A stretch of DNA of 64,000 nucleotides from Phoronis australis (taxonomy: Eukaryota; Animalia; Phoronida). The stretch spans positions 5,608-69,607 of the forward strand of contig NMRA01000509.1 in the NCBI GenBank assembly GCA_002633005.1. Direction: 5' to 3'. Position numbers and translations under genes: made by a program. The notes under the pieces are model-generated. The model was not told the DNA's origin, did not search any database, and saw only the letters and a program-made list of their open reading frames with translations. Positions 1-11,848 of the stretch are shown here, in pieces. The number at the start of each line of letters is the position of its first letter. The stretch's first letter is position 1.

Positions 1-327
1 CCCCCTAATTCCGTTGTCATGAAAATATAACCTGGCTGGCCCATTCTCCGGTCGTTACTATGATGCTTGACAACTGACCGAGACGCGACAAAATATGATA
101 TAACTTTTCGAAAACATTTATTTTACACGGACATATTTTGCTTCGTCGGCGTATGGCAACGACCCAACGCTTCCGAATCTAGAGATTGTGAAGCGTGTCC
201 GTATTTTTTCTGGCCGTTCGGGGAACAACACGGACTGAAACACAGACTCCTATGCCGATAAGCTAACAGAGCTATCGTAGCGAGCCTCGTTTTGGAACGC
301 GCCTCCTGTTGGCGTGAATAGGGTCTA
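1..327. mobile_element. Right end of an Academ-like non-autonomous DNA transposon (second copy of the family at 7849-9991), truncated by the window edge
   Basis: Positions ~17-327 align by eye with ~9663-9991. Both end in GTGAAT(A/T)(G/A)(G/A)GTCTA, the reverse complement of the TAGACCTAATTCAC terminus at 7849. Confidence 0.7.
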
Positions 328-570
328 TGTACATTGTAGTCACGTGCGTTAATGGTCTGTCCACGGTAAGGGTTGTCTGCAAAACGAAGTTGCGGAGAGT
401 TGGAGTCAGCAGTGCAAACAAACCAGAAAGTGTTAGGAATAAATGTGGACAGGCTTAATTGAAGGCCAGAGCAGCAACGCTCGTCGATCGACTGAGAGAC
501 AAATCTGCGACGGATTGTCTACACGCCCCGTTCGCGCAAATTGGTGAGTGTGGAGAGGTCTAAACATCAG

Positions 571-717
571 GCGTGCGTTCAGTAACGCTAGGACCTACGC
601 TATGACCTAGCTAAAAGTTATCCAAAGTCACGTGTTCTTATTTGAAATACACGGCAATACACGTAATTTCGCGAAGTCTTGCTTTTTAGCGAGGTCCTGG
701 CGTTACTGAACGCGAGC
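571..717. mobile_element. PIF/Harbinger-like MITE (~147 bp)
   Basis: TIR GCGTGCGTTCAGTAACGCTAGGACCT / AGGTCCTGGCGTTACTGAACGCGAGC with a CAG TSD (568-570, 718-720). Related copies at 11849, 20614, 24320 and 34009. Confidence 0.75.
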
Positions 718-2126
718 CAGGACTCGTTCCTAAGAGTGGGTGCAAAATCTTCTGATCCGCTTTGCATGAAAGAATTAATCAATTCTGGTTTGAGACTTCG
801 TAAACTATCAGAATTCCGTTCCACACGCATGAACATTTACAATGACGAGTGCAACCGCAGTATGACCATCCGGGATTACACAGCGACACTCGAATTCCGT
901 TGTATTAACTCAAAACCCTGTAGTATTCGTAAACCATTTGTCTAGCCACGTAATCTTTACAAGTCTTTTTAACGGTTGCTTTACTCTATTCATTCCAATG
1001 TCAACGAATAATATTACTGGGGTGCAACTCCGACAAAAGCAAGATCATAATGCGGATGCCTGATATGAGTTCTTCGCCTTCCCGACATCAATCAAAAACA
1101 AAGAATGCGAAGTCATTGGATTAAACCATGTCGTCTAGTTAATTTGGAATCCCCTTCTGGAAGATACATTGCACCGTTTCAATTCCGGTACTTTTAAAGG
1201 GTAGAAATCGAGGCCATAACTTGACGGTTTCGACATGACCCATGGAATTGTCCCTGACATTCAAAAGTTAGGCACGCGCTTTCTTACCTCCGCTACGAAG
1301 GAGAATTCTACTAGTGTGTAATTTGGAGCGGCCTTATTGTACATGTACCAGTGTTAAGAAGATTGAAACTACTTAATTACTCACGTGGTGTCATCACGGC
1401 AATTGACCTTGTGCTTTTTAGGGTCACGAGTAGGTGCTCTCTCCACAATTTGACACCTAAGGGTGTCCACGTAGTCGTCACCAGATGCGGAGTCAGAGTC
1501 GTAGACAGTTACTTTAATAGATACAATGACCTGAGAGGGAAAACAGAAGCAGGTATGATGTTGGTCTTAGGTTACATGTGCAAGTTCCACTCGATATTCG
1601 TTTTGAAGCAGTGTCAACACTGAACTACATATAGCTATCTAAAATCCTTCTATCTGAAACCTCGTTCTAGACTGTGCATGTACCATGACACTGTGAGTGA
1701 GATGTTAGTTCTAGTGAGAACCCCGGTTTGACCTCTGACCCTATTAGGTAATTGGTACAGTAGGTAATCATTGAACTGGAATTGTGTTGGCCACTGTGCT
1801 GGTTTTATTCAATAAACAAGATGGCTTTGCTGACGGTTGTGTTTCTCTGAATCTTTATTCTTTGTTCACGAAGGGAAGCCGTGCCAAAGCTAATTGACCT
1901 ATCGTAAACTCCACCCCCTTGCGTAATGTCGATTAACAATCAATAAGTTTTACCCGGCAATGTGTTGTTTGTCGGGTAAAATGGCGGCTAGGAAACGAAG
2001 GTGTGTCAATAATGCTGCGTTCTAAATGGTCAGTTAAGCCGTCACTCGAAATCCTGGCAATAGGTCAATCGGCAATTTGAACAGAGAGTATTTGTGACTA
2101 AATTGGTCATTATTCAGTCGCTTACT

Positions 2127-2199
2127 CATGGGCGGCGCACCATAGGGGGCTGGGGGAGGAGCTATGGCCTCTATTTTTTTCAGTGCTGCGCCGCCCACG
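2127..2199. mobile_element. Mini-MITE with 5-bp TSD (CATGGGCGGCGCA family)
   Basis: TIR CATGGGCGGCGCA / TGCGCCGCCCACG; flanks TTACT/TAACT. Related copies at 43812-43887 and 48508-48624. Confidence 0.65.
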
Positions 2200-2609
2200 T
2201 AACTAGAGACAAATTAAAAGAGATTTCGACCGGCCAATTTTCAGAAGAATTTGAGCGCCAGCATTTTGACGGTCGCCTTCACTTGTGTCTGTCCTCATTT
2301 GCACCGACACACTTTAAAAATAAGAGTGCCAGTTCAGTAAACTGACATATGATGTTCATCACAATCTCAACTATTGTTCATTCTGCTAACTTATTTCTTT
2401 TTCAATATTCAAAACAAAAAATAGGAATTCCAATTTATGCTCAATATCCCATGTCCAGTATGATGAAAGATGCTTGTATGCGTGTGTATGCGTGTGAGTC
2501 CGATTTTTGTTCAAAATACTCAGGTAAGACGTACATTAACCGTGCTCCCTGCGCCAGGCAGTATCGAAAGTTTGAACAAAATGGAGTAATATTTCATTGA
2601 ATGAACCAT

Positions 2610-3012
2610 TCGTACAAGTTCGTTCATGTTGCCCCTACAAATTCAGATGTCGCAGAAGATTGGTTACGCAAGCTGGAATAATACGTCATCACTTCCTGCA
2701 GCTTTGACGAACACGTGATTGTCGGCTTCGTCAGCAAAATACAGGCTGCTGTAAACTAAGTTTTGATTCATTGGCCAGTTTACATGCAGGTACACTTTCA
2801 TGTCTTAAAGACTGTTTAAGTAAGGCTGTTTTAACCTTTGAAGTATTATCTTTGTGAGTTATTGATATGGAATGTACACACATGCTTCCAAAATTTTGAG
2901 ACTGCCACTGTACGTCAGGATGACTGGCTGGCTGGGCACTTACGATAGTGTGGATATATTTAATCAGCTTATTTCTAAGACTGTTTTGTGTTCATGAATT
3001 GATTTGACCAAC
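2610..3012 (-). pseudogene. Possible degenerate downstream exons of the Delta-like gene (end of MNNL, start of DSL-like segment)
   Basis: Minus-strand fragments LVKSIHEH/NSLRNKLIKYIHTIVSAQPASHPDVQWQSQ and LFQLA*PIFCD/SEFVGAT/ERTC resemble the MNNL end and CDxxYYGxxCxxxC, but only after assuming frameshifts and a stop. Confidence 0.3.
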
Positions 3013-3083
3013 CAAAGCAGAAAAATGGCCGCCACAGCTCCAGTTCATGCTGATCAGATAAGAATAGCAAACCAATTAAAATG

Positions 3084-3297
3084 CATGCGCGCACCCAGAC
3101 TTTAATAAGGGGGGGGGGCTCGAATTTCTGACAAAGTGGACCATTCACTAACAAAAAAGTGGGTGGACTAAAAAGGGTACCACCTTCAGAACTGTGAAAT
3201 GTGCGTCTGCACCTTTTTAGTGGACTTTTGTCTCGTTTTCTCGAAGTTTTTGTTTCTCTGAGGTGGATCTTTTTTTAGCACCCCTGGTGCGCGCATG
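3084..3297. mobile_element. MITE with 5-bp TSD (CATGCGCGCACC family)
   Basis: TIR CATGCGCGCACC / GGTGCGCGCATG; perfect TSD AAATG at 3079-3083 and 3298-3302. Confidence 0.75.
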
Positions 3298-3339
3298 AAA
3301 TGTATACTAACAAACAAAATATACAGAACTTATGACAAA

Positions 3340-4208
3340 GAAAAATATTTGCACAAATTTCATTTCTCAACATAATTAAAAGGTGAGATAGATGACGACA
3401 CCAAGAGCAATTATGAAACCGACGATTAATGCACTACAGAAGGAGATTTATTTTCATGCCAAATTTGAAAATGCCAAAAGATTACAAAGCTAGGAGCTCT
3501 GTAAACAGAACTTGAAAAATGGCCGACACACCTCCACCTTGTACCGATGTCGCCTAAGAACAAAAGACCTCAGGTTATTGACGGAGTAAACAAAGTAAGT
3601 AAATGTCATGTCAATCAGGCGAAAAATTCGATCTCTGGCAAAAAATGATTGGCTAACAAAGCACAGTTATCATTAACTAGTATACAAAAGAGCAGTCATC
3701 TAAGCAGTCAATCTCGAATATCGCAAGAACGGCGGGTCGTAGTGAGAAACAGGTTTCACATTGCTGTTAGCTCTTATATGATCTATCCACATACCAAATT
3801 ACAAACAGATCCGTAGAGGTACGCCGATTGTACAGAACTCGATTATTTGGAGACTTAAGTCCTCGGAAAAGATCGAATAACTCGAAAACGGTAAGACTGG
3901 GAGAAAAACAAATGAAACATTCACGAAAAGTCTATTCAAAGAAAAAAATCAGAATAATACCACCACAAGCAGCGGAGCTATGACTCCACAACAAAAGAAG
4001 GAAAAAATGACCGCCACAACCCCATGTTGTTTCCGATTTTAATCAATTAACAATAGGCTTCGAGCCATTCACACATGGTGTGTATAAATATCCCGTTGGT
4101 CCGAGAACAATTGCGATCTGTAGCTTGCAGACAAAGAAACAAACAAAAAACCCAAAAATTATGACAATGCAACATACTCAGAGAAATTTCATTTGCTAAG
4201 TGATAAAT
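3340..4208 (+). mobile_element. Helentron-associated (HINE/DINE-1-like) non-autonomous element, boundaries approximate
   Basis: Repeated AAAATGGCCG(C/A)C motifs, an (AAAC)n-like tract at ~4132-4150, and an imperfect 3' stem-loop (TACTCAGAGAAAT..ATTTGCTAAGTG) followed by an A-rich end. Confidence 0.35.
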
Positions 4209-4266
4209 AAGATTCAAGATATTCTATTGTCAACTCTACAAATAACCTTATTTCCCGTTTACTCAC

Positions 4267-4378
4267 TGGCCAGCTTCTTATTTCGTAAGTGAGTGTGTGG
4301 TCGTCCAAGGTGTGACTATTTCTGTTGTGGTAGAACACTTTGGTTTTTAGATTAGCAATGTCACAACTTTCTGAGCCT
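4267..4378 (-). CDS. Delta/Notch-ligand-like (MNNL/C2 domain) secreted protein, coding exon 3
   Basis: Acceptor ttttcattacAG, donor GTGAGT. Phase 2 entry matches exon 2. Encodes (Q)GSESCDIANLKTKVFYHNRNSHTLDDHTLTYEIRSWP, ending WP at a phase-0 intron as in DLL1 (FTWP|G). Confidence 0.75.
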
Positions 4379-5339
4379 CTGTAATGAAAATGTGTGCGTA
4401 AGAGTGTCGTTTTCTGCCTTTTTCTCGTTTCCTGGAACTGGAAACCAAAGTTGCGATACGCAATGCTTCCAAACATTGTTAGGATCACCTCAGATGAACA
4501 GACACATGTGCAAGCTGAGCTGCGCTGAGCTGTCTGCCTCAAGTGAATGAAATCAGAAGTCACAGCTCACGCAAAGGAAAGAAAATAACAATTGAATGAA
4601 TTAGCTTGTAGTTCTTTGGAATGTTTATGCTTTGACGTCAACTGTAGACTCCCGATATTGATCACTTATGTCCGTCTGCGGGGATGCCAAGGTCTCACTC
4701 TTCTTATCTTGGGTACATTTTTTCCTAAAAAAACTTGGAGCTGTTTCTGGGATTTTACCTATAAAAAATAGCCAAACCACGAACAGCACAAACCCCAAAA
4801 TTCTTATGATCGAATGAAACGTCTGGTCTTCCATGAAGTTCATTTTCCACAGCTACTGTCTTCTCCCTAACAAGTGACATGATCGTGTTTCATTCTCCTT
4901 TTTTTCTAAGCGAAACTCTTCGATTCGTTGATAACTATGCATTAATAACGTTTTTCTCGCGTTGTTTTTGTTTTTTCTCAGCCCACGCCGCACTCACTTG
5001 AGGTTTATGTCCAAAATTGACAGTCCTTCTTCACAACATGCATTTGAATTCACTGGAAAAGCTTTACGGATGCAGTCTGATAGACATGAAAAATCAGAAG
5101 CGTTTAGTTACATAAATTATCTCTGCGGCTTCCACGGAGAGCAGATATTTCTTACAAGAATGAGATAAGATTGGAAATTTAAAAAATGTTACTCTTGGAG
5201 CTTTACTTTTTGTGATACTTTATATTTGTCGAGTCAGTGCGACAATTGTCAAAATACCTTCCTTTACAATTCACTCGTACACCTGTTCATTTCAAACTGA
5301 TTTCATGTTCAGTTGAGCAAGATCAGAAATCATACTTAC

Positions 5340-5464
5340 TGCTTGGAAGAGATGCATAACTTGAAATAATGGTCGCACTGGCCGCCGAACCATCCATCAC
5401 AACCTCCTTTAGAGTTTGTGTAATGCTTCAATACCAATGTCAGATTAGCAGATGCGTCGACAGC
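5340..5464 (-). CDS. Delta/Notch-ligand-like (MNNL/C2 domain) secreted protein, coding exon 2
   Basis: Acceptor cttcacAG, donor GTAAGT; 125 bp, phase 0 to 2. Encodes AVDASANLTLVLKHYTNSKGGCDGWFGGQCDHYFKLCISSK, matching the MNNL pattern (S-x-x-hydrophobic-x-L-x-L-x-x-Y/F-x-N-x-x-G...C-x-x-x-F-x-x-C-I/L). Confidence 0.78.
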
Positions 5465-6513
5465 CTGTGAAGTAGCGTTACAGGAGTGTAAATTTAAATT
5501 GTGTCAAGTTTTTCTTTTGAGCACCAAGTGACTTTACCTAATGTGAAGTCATTTCAAGTTAACTCATAATCATGTTAAACCATTTATTAAATATTGAACA
5601 GTGTGCCAAGCTCGGAAAAGTGTTACGATAGAAAGTCGCTACCTGGAGAAGGTTACTGTACATGTACATGTACAACTCCATCTTTGATATTACATTCTGT
5701 TTTGGTTGCTGGGTTTGCACTTGACTATGAAATCTTTAGCATTAGCACTTTGCTATTCACCTTAAATCAATTGCGAGAGTTTTGCCACCAGTCACGTAAA
5801 GCCGTATGGGTATTATTTTGGCGTATCTGGCAGACTGTCATGTTTTCCCCATGGATGAGTGGGCGCAGGTTGTTACCGAAGGGGGCTAATAGCTTTCGAT
5901 GCGACGATACACTAAAGATTGGTTCGAGTTATAATCACTTTACTAATCTCGAGTGAAAGTTCCCAAGTCTCACTAAACAAAACGTTCGACATAATGTCTA
6001 TACTATGCTCCAGCCAGTGCTGCGAGGCCTTGGCTTATGATGAACTTATGAGACATTTTTAACAACTGTTACAGGCATTGACTCAATAACCTGTTGTCTT
6101 TATAGTTGGATGTCTATTGGCTAACGCTGTAACTGCTGATTCTCTTCACTGCAACTCAACTGTAACTTTAACTGACTTTAATTGACTTTCAACTCCAACT
6201 TCAACTGAGCTCAACTAACCCGTGCCTGGGTATTCACATGTGGAACTGCTCACCAACTCCAAAACATTCAATCTCGTTCCAGAATCTACCCAATCATTGT
6301 ACAATCATACACCAAGCCTTTAGAATATTCCAGGCTATTATTAAACACGTTACCATGCCGAATGATTGAATTGAGGTCGCAAGGTATTGTTTAACTTGCT
6401 AAATTCATGCGGAAGGCGTAAGAACGTCGCACGATTATCGCCTATAGGACATTACCATTGTTTTCTTTTTTGCGTCGTTGTTTGATATAACAATGCAGGT
6501 GGCATGGATATCG

Positions 6514-6650
6514 CAGGGTCGGATCCAGGATTTTGAGTTAGGGGGGGCCACGACTCGAGTATTAGACAGGATTTTGCCCGTCAGACATTCGCACCACCCN
6601 GAATTTTAGGGGGGCCATGGCCCCCTTGGCCCCCTCTTAATCTGCCACTG
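6514..6650. mobile_element. CAG(T/G)G(G/T)CGGAT-family MITE with 5-bp TSD
   Basis: TIR CAGGGTCGGAT / ATCTGCCACTG, G/C runs inside; flanks TATCG/TATAG. Confidence 0.7.
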
Positions 6651-7365
6651 TATAGTATCGCACATCAGCTGGTTTCCAATAAATGCTTGCCATTATGGAA
6701 CTTTTCACCAATTCAAGGACATTCCAAATCGTTCCAGAATCTACCCAGTCGTTTTAAAGACATACACTGAGTCTCTAGTATGTTCCGGACTATAACATTT
6801 CAGAATCTTCTAGAATGTTCCGTACTCTTCTATTGTGAACAAATTACATCATCATTGGCCTGACCTCATGGGTCACGTCAATCAAATACTACCTGCTAGC
6901 ACACGAACAGAACAATAAAATAAAACTATTGAACTGAAACTAGTGACAGTCTACTTCTGACAGACGATGTTAAACTTTCTGGATGTTCTCGGGCTCAAAT
7001 TATCTCTTCGAAATCGAGGTGGCTGCAGACAAAAGTAAAACTTAGCTGGAGGTCGGAGTTCGAAGGGCCAAGAGTTCATAATGAACTCCCTCAACGCGGG
7101 CCGGGCAATAGTCCGAAGGGTAGACAGTAGGCCTACGAAGGACTAAAGGCTGAAAGGCCGATATTCCTAAAAGTGGCGACTCTTTGGCCTACTACTTTCA
7201 CACCTTCAAGAATTTCTTGATTGGAGACAGGTTGTAGCTTGTTACAAAGGCGAGAGTCACTGAAGTGCCGAAAATGTAAACCGTTAAATTTGGATTGAAA
7301 GTGTGTTCGGAAGAAACTAAGATTTCTAATGTAACCATTTCTTAAGAAATTCAATGATCGATGAG

Positions 7366-7387
7366 TATATATATATATATATATATA
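7366..7387. repeat. (TA)n microsatellite abutting the hairpin element
   Basis: Run of TA dinucleotides seen directly. Confidence 0.9.
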
Positions 7388-7532
7388 GATTATTACGTGG
7401 CGAAGTCGTTATCCCCCGTATTCTAGCGCCCGAGTGGATTTTGGGGAATTATCGCCCGAGGGTGGTAATTCTCCAAAATCCACGAGGGCTCTAGATAAGG
7501 GGGATAACGACTGAGAACATGTAATAATCTAT
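7385..7532. repeat. Long imperfect palindrome (~73-bp arms)
   Basis: ATAGATTATTAC..GTCGTTATCCCCC..GTGGATTTTGG.GAATTA..GCCC-GA-GGGT..TAATTCTCCAAAATCCAC..GGGGGATAACGAC..GTAATAATCTAT. Confidence 0.9.
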
Positions 7533-7848
7533 TTATACCACATACTGAACGAAAAACATTACAATGAATCAATCTACCTTTCTCCACTCGCTTCGGCTTT
7601 GTAACTACTTTCTATGTCAGAGACCCGGTGTCCGAGGTCGTGATCTTTTCAGAAAAACCGAGCTATTTTTGTCAAAGAATGCTGTTACTCAAAACCAATT
7701 GAAAATTTAAACAAAATAGAAATAAAGTGAATCTATGAATTGAGGTTTAGCAACTGTTATGGCTTACTATACATTTTATCACGCTAAGCTGCCACCGGGA
7801 AAATATCGTCTGCTAAACTAGGTTACCACTGGTAACTGAGTACATGTA

Positions 7849-9991
7849 TAGACCTAATTCACGCGGCGGAATTAAAATCCAAAGCGAGGCTCACTGCGCT
7901 AAGGAGGCACAGAACAGTTCTCACAGGGGTTTGCCTGTCAGAACACACGTCAATGCACTCCTCACCCTTTCTTCACTTTGTCAAAAACAGCATGCAAATA
8001 AGGAAATGTTTTGAGTCATTTCACATCACAAGCCCTACAGATGAGCACAGAAACTTTATTCTCTCTTGTATTTTTGACCCATTCACTCCCAGTGGAAACC
8101 AAGCTGAACTAAGAAAAATGAGGGCAAAAAATGCAAAATCGGTACTTTTCACCCCAAAATCACCACTTTCCTGCCGATGCTCGACTAAGGCAGCATTACA
8201 TTCCGAAAGCAAATTTCCTACCGATTCCAAAAATGTGGTCCAAAAGTACTGTCAACCAACTAGTTTTTTAGGAAATCTGGCTTGTTTGAGGGCTACCTGA
8301 AATCGCGGCCAATTTCTCAGTTGCTACACAGCAATGCACAACTGCAACAGGGGGCCACCATCTTGAAAAAGAGTGCAGCTACAGCCGAGAAACTGGCCTT
8401 TCTTCATTCTCAGCATGTTCACAAATACAAAAAAACACATTCACTTGGCCTACACATAATACCTAACTAAAAATGCCCCCAAGCCTGGCCTAGCCCTAGA
8501 TTTTAACATTTTGGGAGTGCAAATTGGCCGCGGCCACAGCCTAACTATTCTGTGCCACCAAAACATAGCGGAAGTTGACATTGCGTAAGTTAAATAGCCG
8601 GTCTTTCGAGTCCAACCTGGATATCAAATTTTGATAACGTGTCGACAATTAACCACAGAGACGTAGAAATTACATTAGAGAACAAGTTAAAGCGCCAAAG
8701 AGTTGTCTGACGAAAGGGTTTAATTTTTTTCGGAAAACTAGGTTCGAAACATGAAAAGTAAATATGACCAAATTGCGGCGATCGTAGTGTTACGGAATAG
8801 TTATTATGCTGAATGCAGGGTTACGTTTTTTCTTGTAAATTGTAGATGAAAATACTATCTACACGAACCAGGTCATCTGCTCGTATTGTTGACGAGTTTA
8901 AGACATATTCGACAGTGGTGGCTGTCATGTGCAATTAGTCTAATCTGGTTTAATTTGTTGATCACGAATATTAACATCAAGCATAGCCTGATCCTGGTGA
9001 GGTAGGCACTCACTGGGACTAACAGTTGATTTGTCATTGATCTGAAAGAATAATTGATGTTATTAAATATATTTTTTATTAAAATAAAAAACCAGGCTCG
9101 TAATTGAAAATAAAAATTATTTAACCATCAATTCTGCTTTCTTGGTTTTAGTAGTTCTTACGTCTATTTCATGTGTTAGGTTTCAAATAATAATCTAGAC
9201 CAATTTGAACTTTAAAATCAAAACACCTAATTCGTTCGTCCAAAACTCAATTTCAGTTAACTGGACAAAGCAATCATAGTTATCATGTTTCTCCAGGAGC
9301 CTCGTTAATCCGAGGGGAAAGGTGCCAGTGCCTTCTGAGAGGGTATTTTTTCGCCGAGTGAGGGGAACAATCTACCTCCCGATCACCATCAATAGCACCC
9401 CAGCCCTGTTGCAAGCTCTTATAGGCTCTGTCTCAATTTAAAATAGTCTTTTGTGCTCTTAAAAATTGCCACCTGTGTGGTTACAGGTGATGTGAACTCA
9501 GAGAGAATTTTCACTAGAGGATTTTTTTGCCTCGAGGGGGGAATTTCGCGTGATTTATCAATATTTTTGAGAGGGGAATAGGGCCGATATTGGGCCCCAA
9601 AAATCGAGGAATTGAGGGCCCTGTCATTTTTAGAAAGAAAAATTATAATGTTTCAACCTTTAGTCATGAAAACACAGCCTGGCTGGCTCATTCTCCGGTC
9701 GTTACTATGATGCTTGGCAACCGAGATGCGAAAACTATGATCTAACTTTTCAAAAACATTTATCAATTTTACACGGACATATTTTGGTTCGTCGTGGCGT
9801 ATGGCAACGACCCAACGCTTCCGAATCTCAACGTCTTTAGGGACTGTAAAGCAGACAGTTGAGTGTCCGTATTTTTTCTAGCCGTTCGCGGAGAAACGCG
9901 GACTGAAATACAACTATGCTGATAAGCTAACAGAGCTATCGTAGCGAGCCTCGTTTTGGAACGCGCCTCCTGTCGGTGTGAATTAAGTCTA
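7849..9991. mobile_element. Academ-like non-autonomous DNA transposon (~2.1 kb)
   Basis: TAG...CTA termini; ~50-bp imperfect TIR (TAGAC(C/T)TAATTCAC...CCAAA.CGAGGCTC.CT.CG.TA); TA on both flanks; the right ~330 bp is repeated at window positions 17-327; no coding capacity. Confidence 0.65.
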
Positions 9992-10225
9992 TATGCTCAA
10001 GTCAAAGGATCCCGACGGCACGATACCCGCATTCAAATTGGAGATCGGTGATTTTCAAGTGAGAGAACATGAGAGAAAAAATTCACTGAATTAAAACATC
10101 GTTCTTATGGAAACTATGCGTCTTATTTTTCATATCGAATAAATGTCGGTACAATGCCCTTTGCTGAACATGCGATTGTTGCGCATGCTCATTTAAGTAT
10201 TCTGTTTTCACGTTCGATGACGTCA

Positions 10226-10300
10226 GCCGCTGAGTGGTGTAGTGGTAAAGTCGGCGACCCGAAACTATTGAGGCCCGGGTTCGAAACCGACCTTTGTTTC
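10226..10300 (+). ncRNA. tRNA-derived Pol III promoter segment (SINE-head-like, not a functional tRNA)
   Basis: A-box TGGTGTAGTGG (10235-10245) and B-box GGTTCGAAACC (10278-10288) at tRNA spacing; acceptor and anticodon stems pair poorly; TGACGTCA immediately upstream. Confidence 0.6.
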
Positions 10301-10970
10301 CCGCCAAAATGTTTTCTTACTAGTGAGATAACTAAAGGGGTTATTACACGGTTGTATTTGCCATTCGAAGCTAATATTGTGGTATAAACAGTTTTATTTT
10401 ACCTCATATGCACTTAAGTCTAAGGTATGCCAAAATTTGTAATTAGGCGCGTGCCCTCAAACGCAAACCAATGAGTAAAACCATATTTGAAATTCAATTC
10501 TCAGCGCACCCCAGTGAAAACTGTTGCCGAAAACCGAGCTCACTCAGTACTCCTCAGACTACTGTTCGTGTAGATGTACGTACGTGCATGCAGACTAGTT
10601 TCCGTCCAGATTTTAATTAAGAAGCAAATGTACGCTTGCTTTTCGTTTGGAAACTGTAGGCTTATGCTAACAACTAATTGGGAATTTCCAAAAACCGCGC
10701 CCTTAAAAGACCGTCCCCGAACCAGAAATCATTCAAAAGAAGGCTGAAATTAGCATGAACTGGATTTTAGAAAGGTTTATGAAGTGACACTTTAAACTCA
10801 ATTTATACATTTTAACTTATTTATTGTGATATTTACAATAAAGAACATCCCGCCAGTTTTCCCTGTTTTTCGTGAGGCCCTCAATACTCCATTATTACCC
10901 AATAATTTAAACTGTTAGATCGATTATTAACATTTGCCTTTGCGACGTTAAAAAATGATATGTTGGTTAA

Positions 10971-11445
10971 ACGGTGACCACTCGTTCCAAACGCCGTATT
11001 ACCATTCAAGAGTCTATTAAACGTAAGCCGTTACGTGCTTGAAGCTCACTGTAATATATTACTACAATACATTATACACTGTAACACTCTTGAAGAAGCC
11101 CACAATGAGACGGTCTTTTCTTTGAACAACGAGAACAAGTGTGAAGTCGCGAGAACTAAAAATTCTGGGATAGCGGTACTTTCATCTGGGGCTGCTACTT
11201 TGTAAATTCGGCGCAAAATACAGATTGCCGCTAGTCTCGAAGCTCAATATAAGCCAAAATCTTGGCAACAAGAGCAAACATCAACTTGATCCGGGGAGGG
11301 CACCGTAACACTTATGTAGGACTCGTTGAAAAGTGTTACGGTGTATAGTGTATTGTAGTAATATATTACAGTAAGCTGCAAGCATGTAACGGCTTGCATT
11401 TAATAGGCTCTTGAGTGGTGTTACGGCGTTTGGAACGGGTGGTGG
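10971..11445. mobile_element. TTAA-flanked MITE with ~120-bp TIRs (Kolobok-type inferred)
   Basis: ~10977-11093 is an imperfect reverse complement of ~11326-11443; TTAA on both flanks (10967-10970, 11446-11449). Confidence 0.65.
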
Positions 11446-11848
11446 TTAAATATGTCATTGTTCATTTCATTTGCTGTTTTTGTTGTCATGGCGTGAAATA
11501 CATGTTTTCACATTTAGTGGGATGTAATTCTAATATCTTACACACAGCGTTCAGTTATGCTCAGCATTCAAAAAGTAACGTGTTTGCGAAAGAACGCTCT
11601 TATTTCCATCAGAGGTCTTTCAAAATAATGCACTTGTTTGGGGCTCTCTTTCGGACATTCTGAAAATGAAGCAGGTGTTGGTTTAAATCAAAATGGAAAG
11701 TCCAAGAACTTAAAAGACAAAAAGTTCAGCTGAATATTCAGGTAAGGGTCCGTTTTCCAAAGAGCTGTTGTTCCAAAGGTTCATTGTTTCGAAAATTCCC
11801 TAGTGAGATGAAGGTTTCGAAACGGCAAACTTTCGAGATAACAACGAG

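Larger units (their letters stand above)
7385..10387. mobile_element. Hairpin-headed non-autonomous element with an internal copy of its circle junction (tyrosine-recombinase/Crypton- or DIRS-like; class inferred); contains a nested Academ-like insertion
   Basis: A ~148-bp terminal palindrome (7385-7532), followed by TTATACCACA, which is inverted at the far end (TGTGGTATAA, 10378-10387). Right end joined to left end equals the reverse complement of 7521-7542. Confidence 0.5.

Noticed and set aside
1389-1870. Solo LTR(s) (TGTCAT...ATGACA at 1389-1690; TG...AATAAA...CA at 1692-1868)
   Set aside because: No matching TSD, PBS/PPT or second copy in the window.
4625-4843. 72-aa ORF with a hydrophobic segment as a Delta-like TM exon
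   Set aside because: Lies in intron 2 between two phase-compatible MNNL exons; the nearby acceptor gives the wrong frame or a stop.
5990-6947. Reverse-oriented LTR-like remnant with an ~70-bp internal direct repeat
   Set aside because: Suggestive composition only; boundaries and TSD cannot be defined.
10226-10300. Functional tRNA gene
   Set aside because: A and B boxes are present, but the acceptor and anticodon stems do not pair; treated as tRNA-derived.
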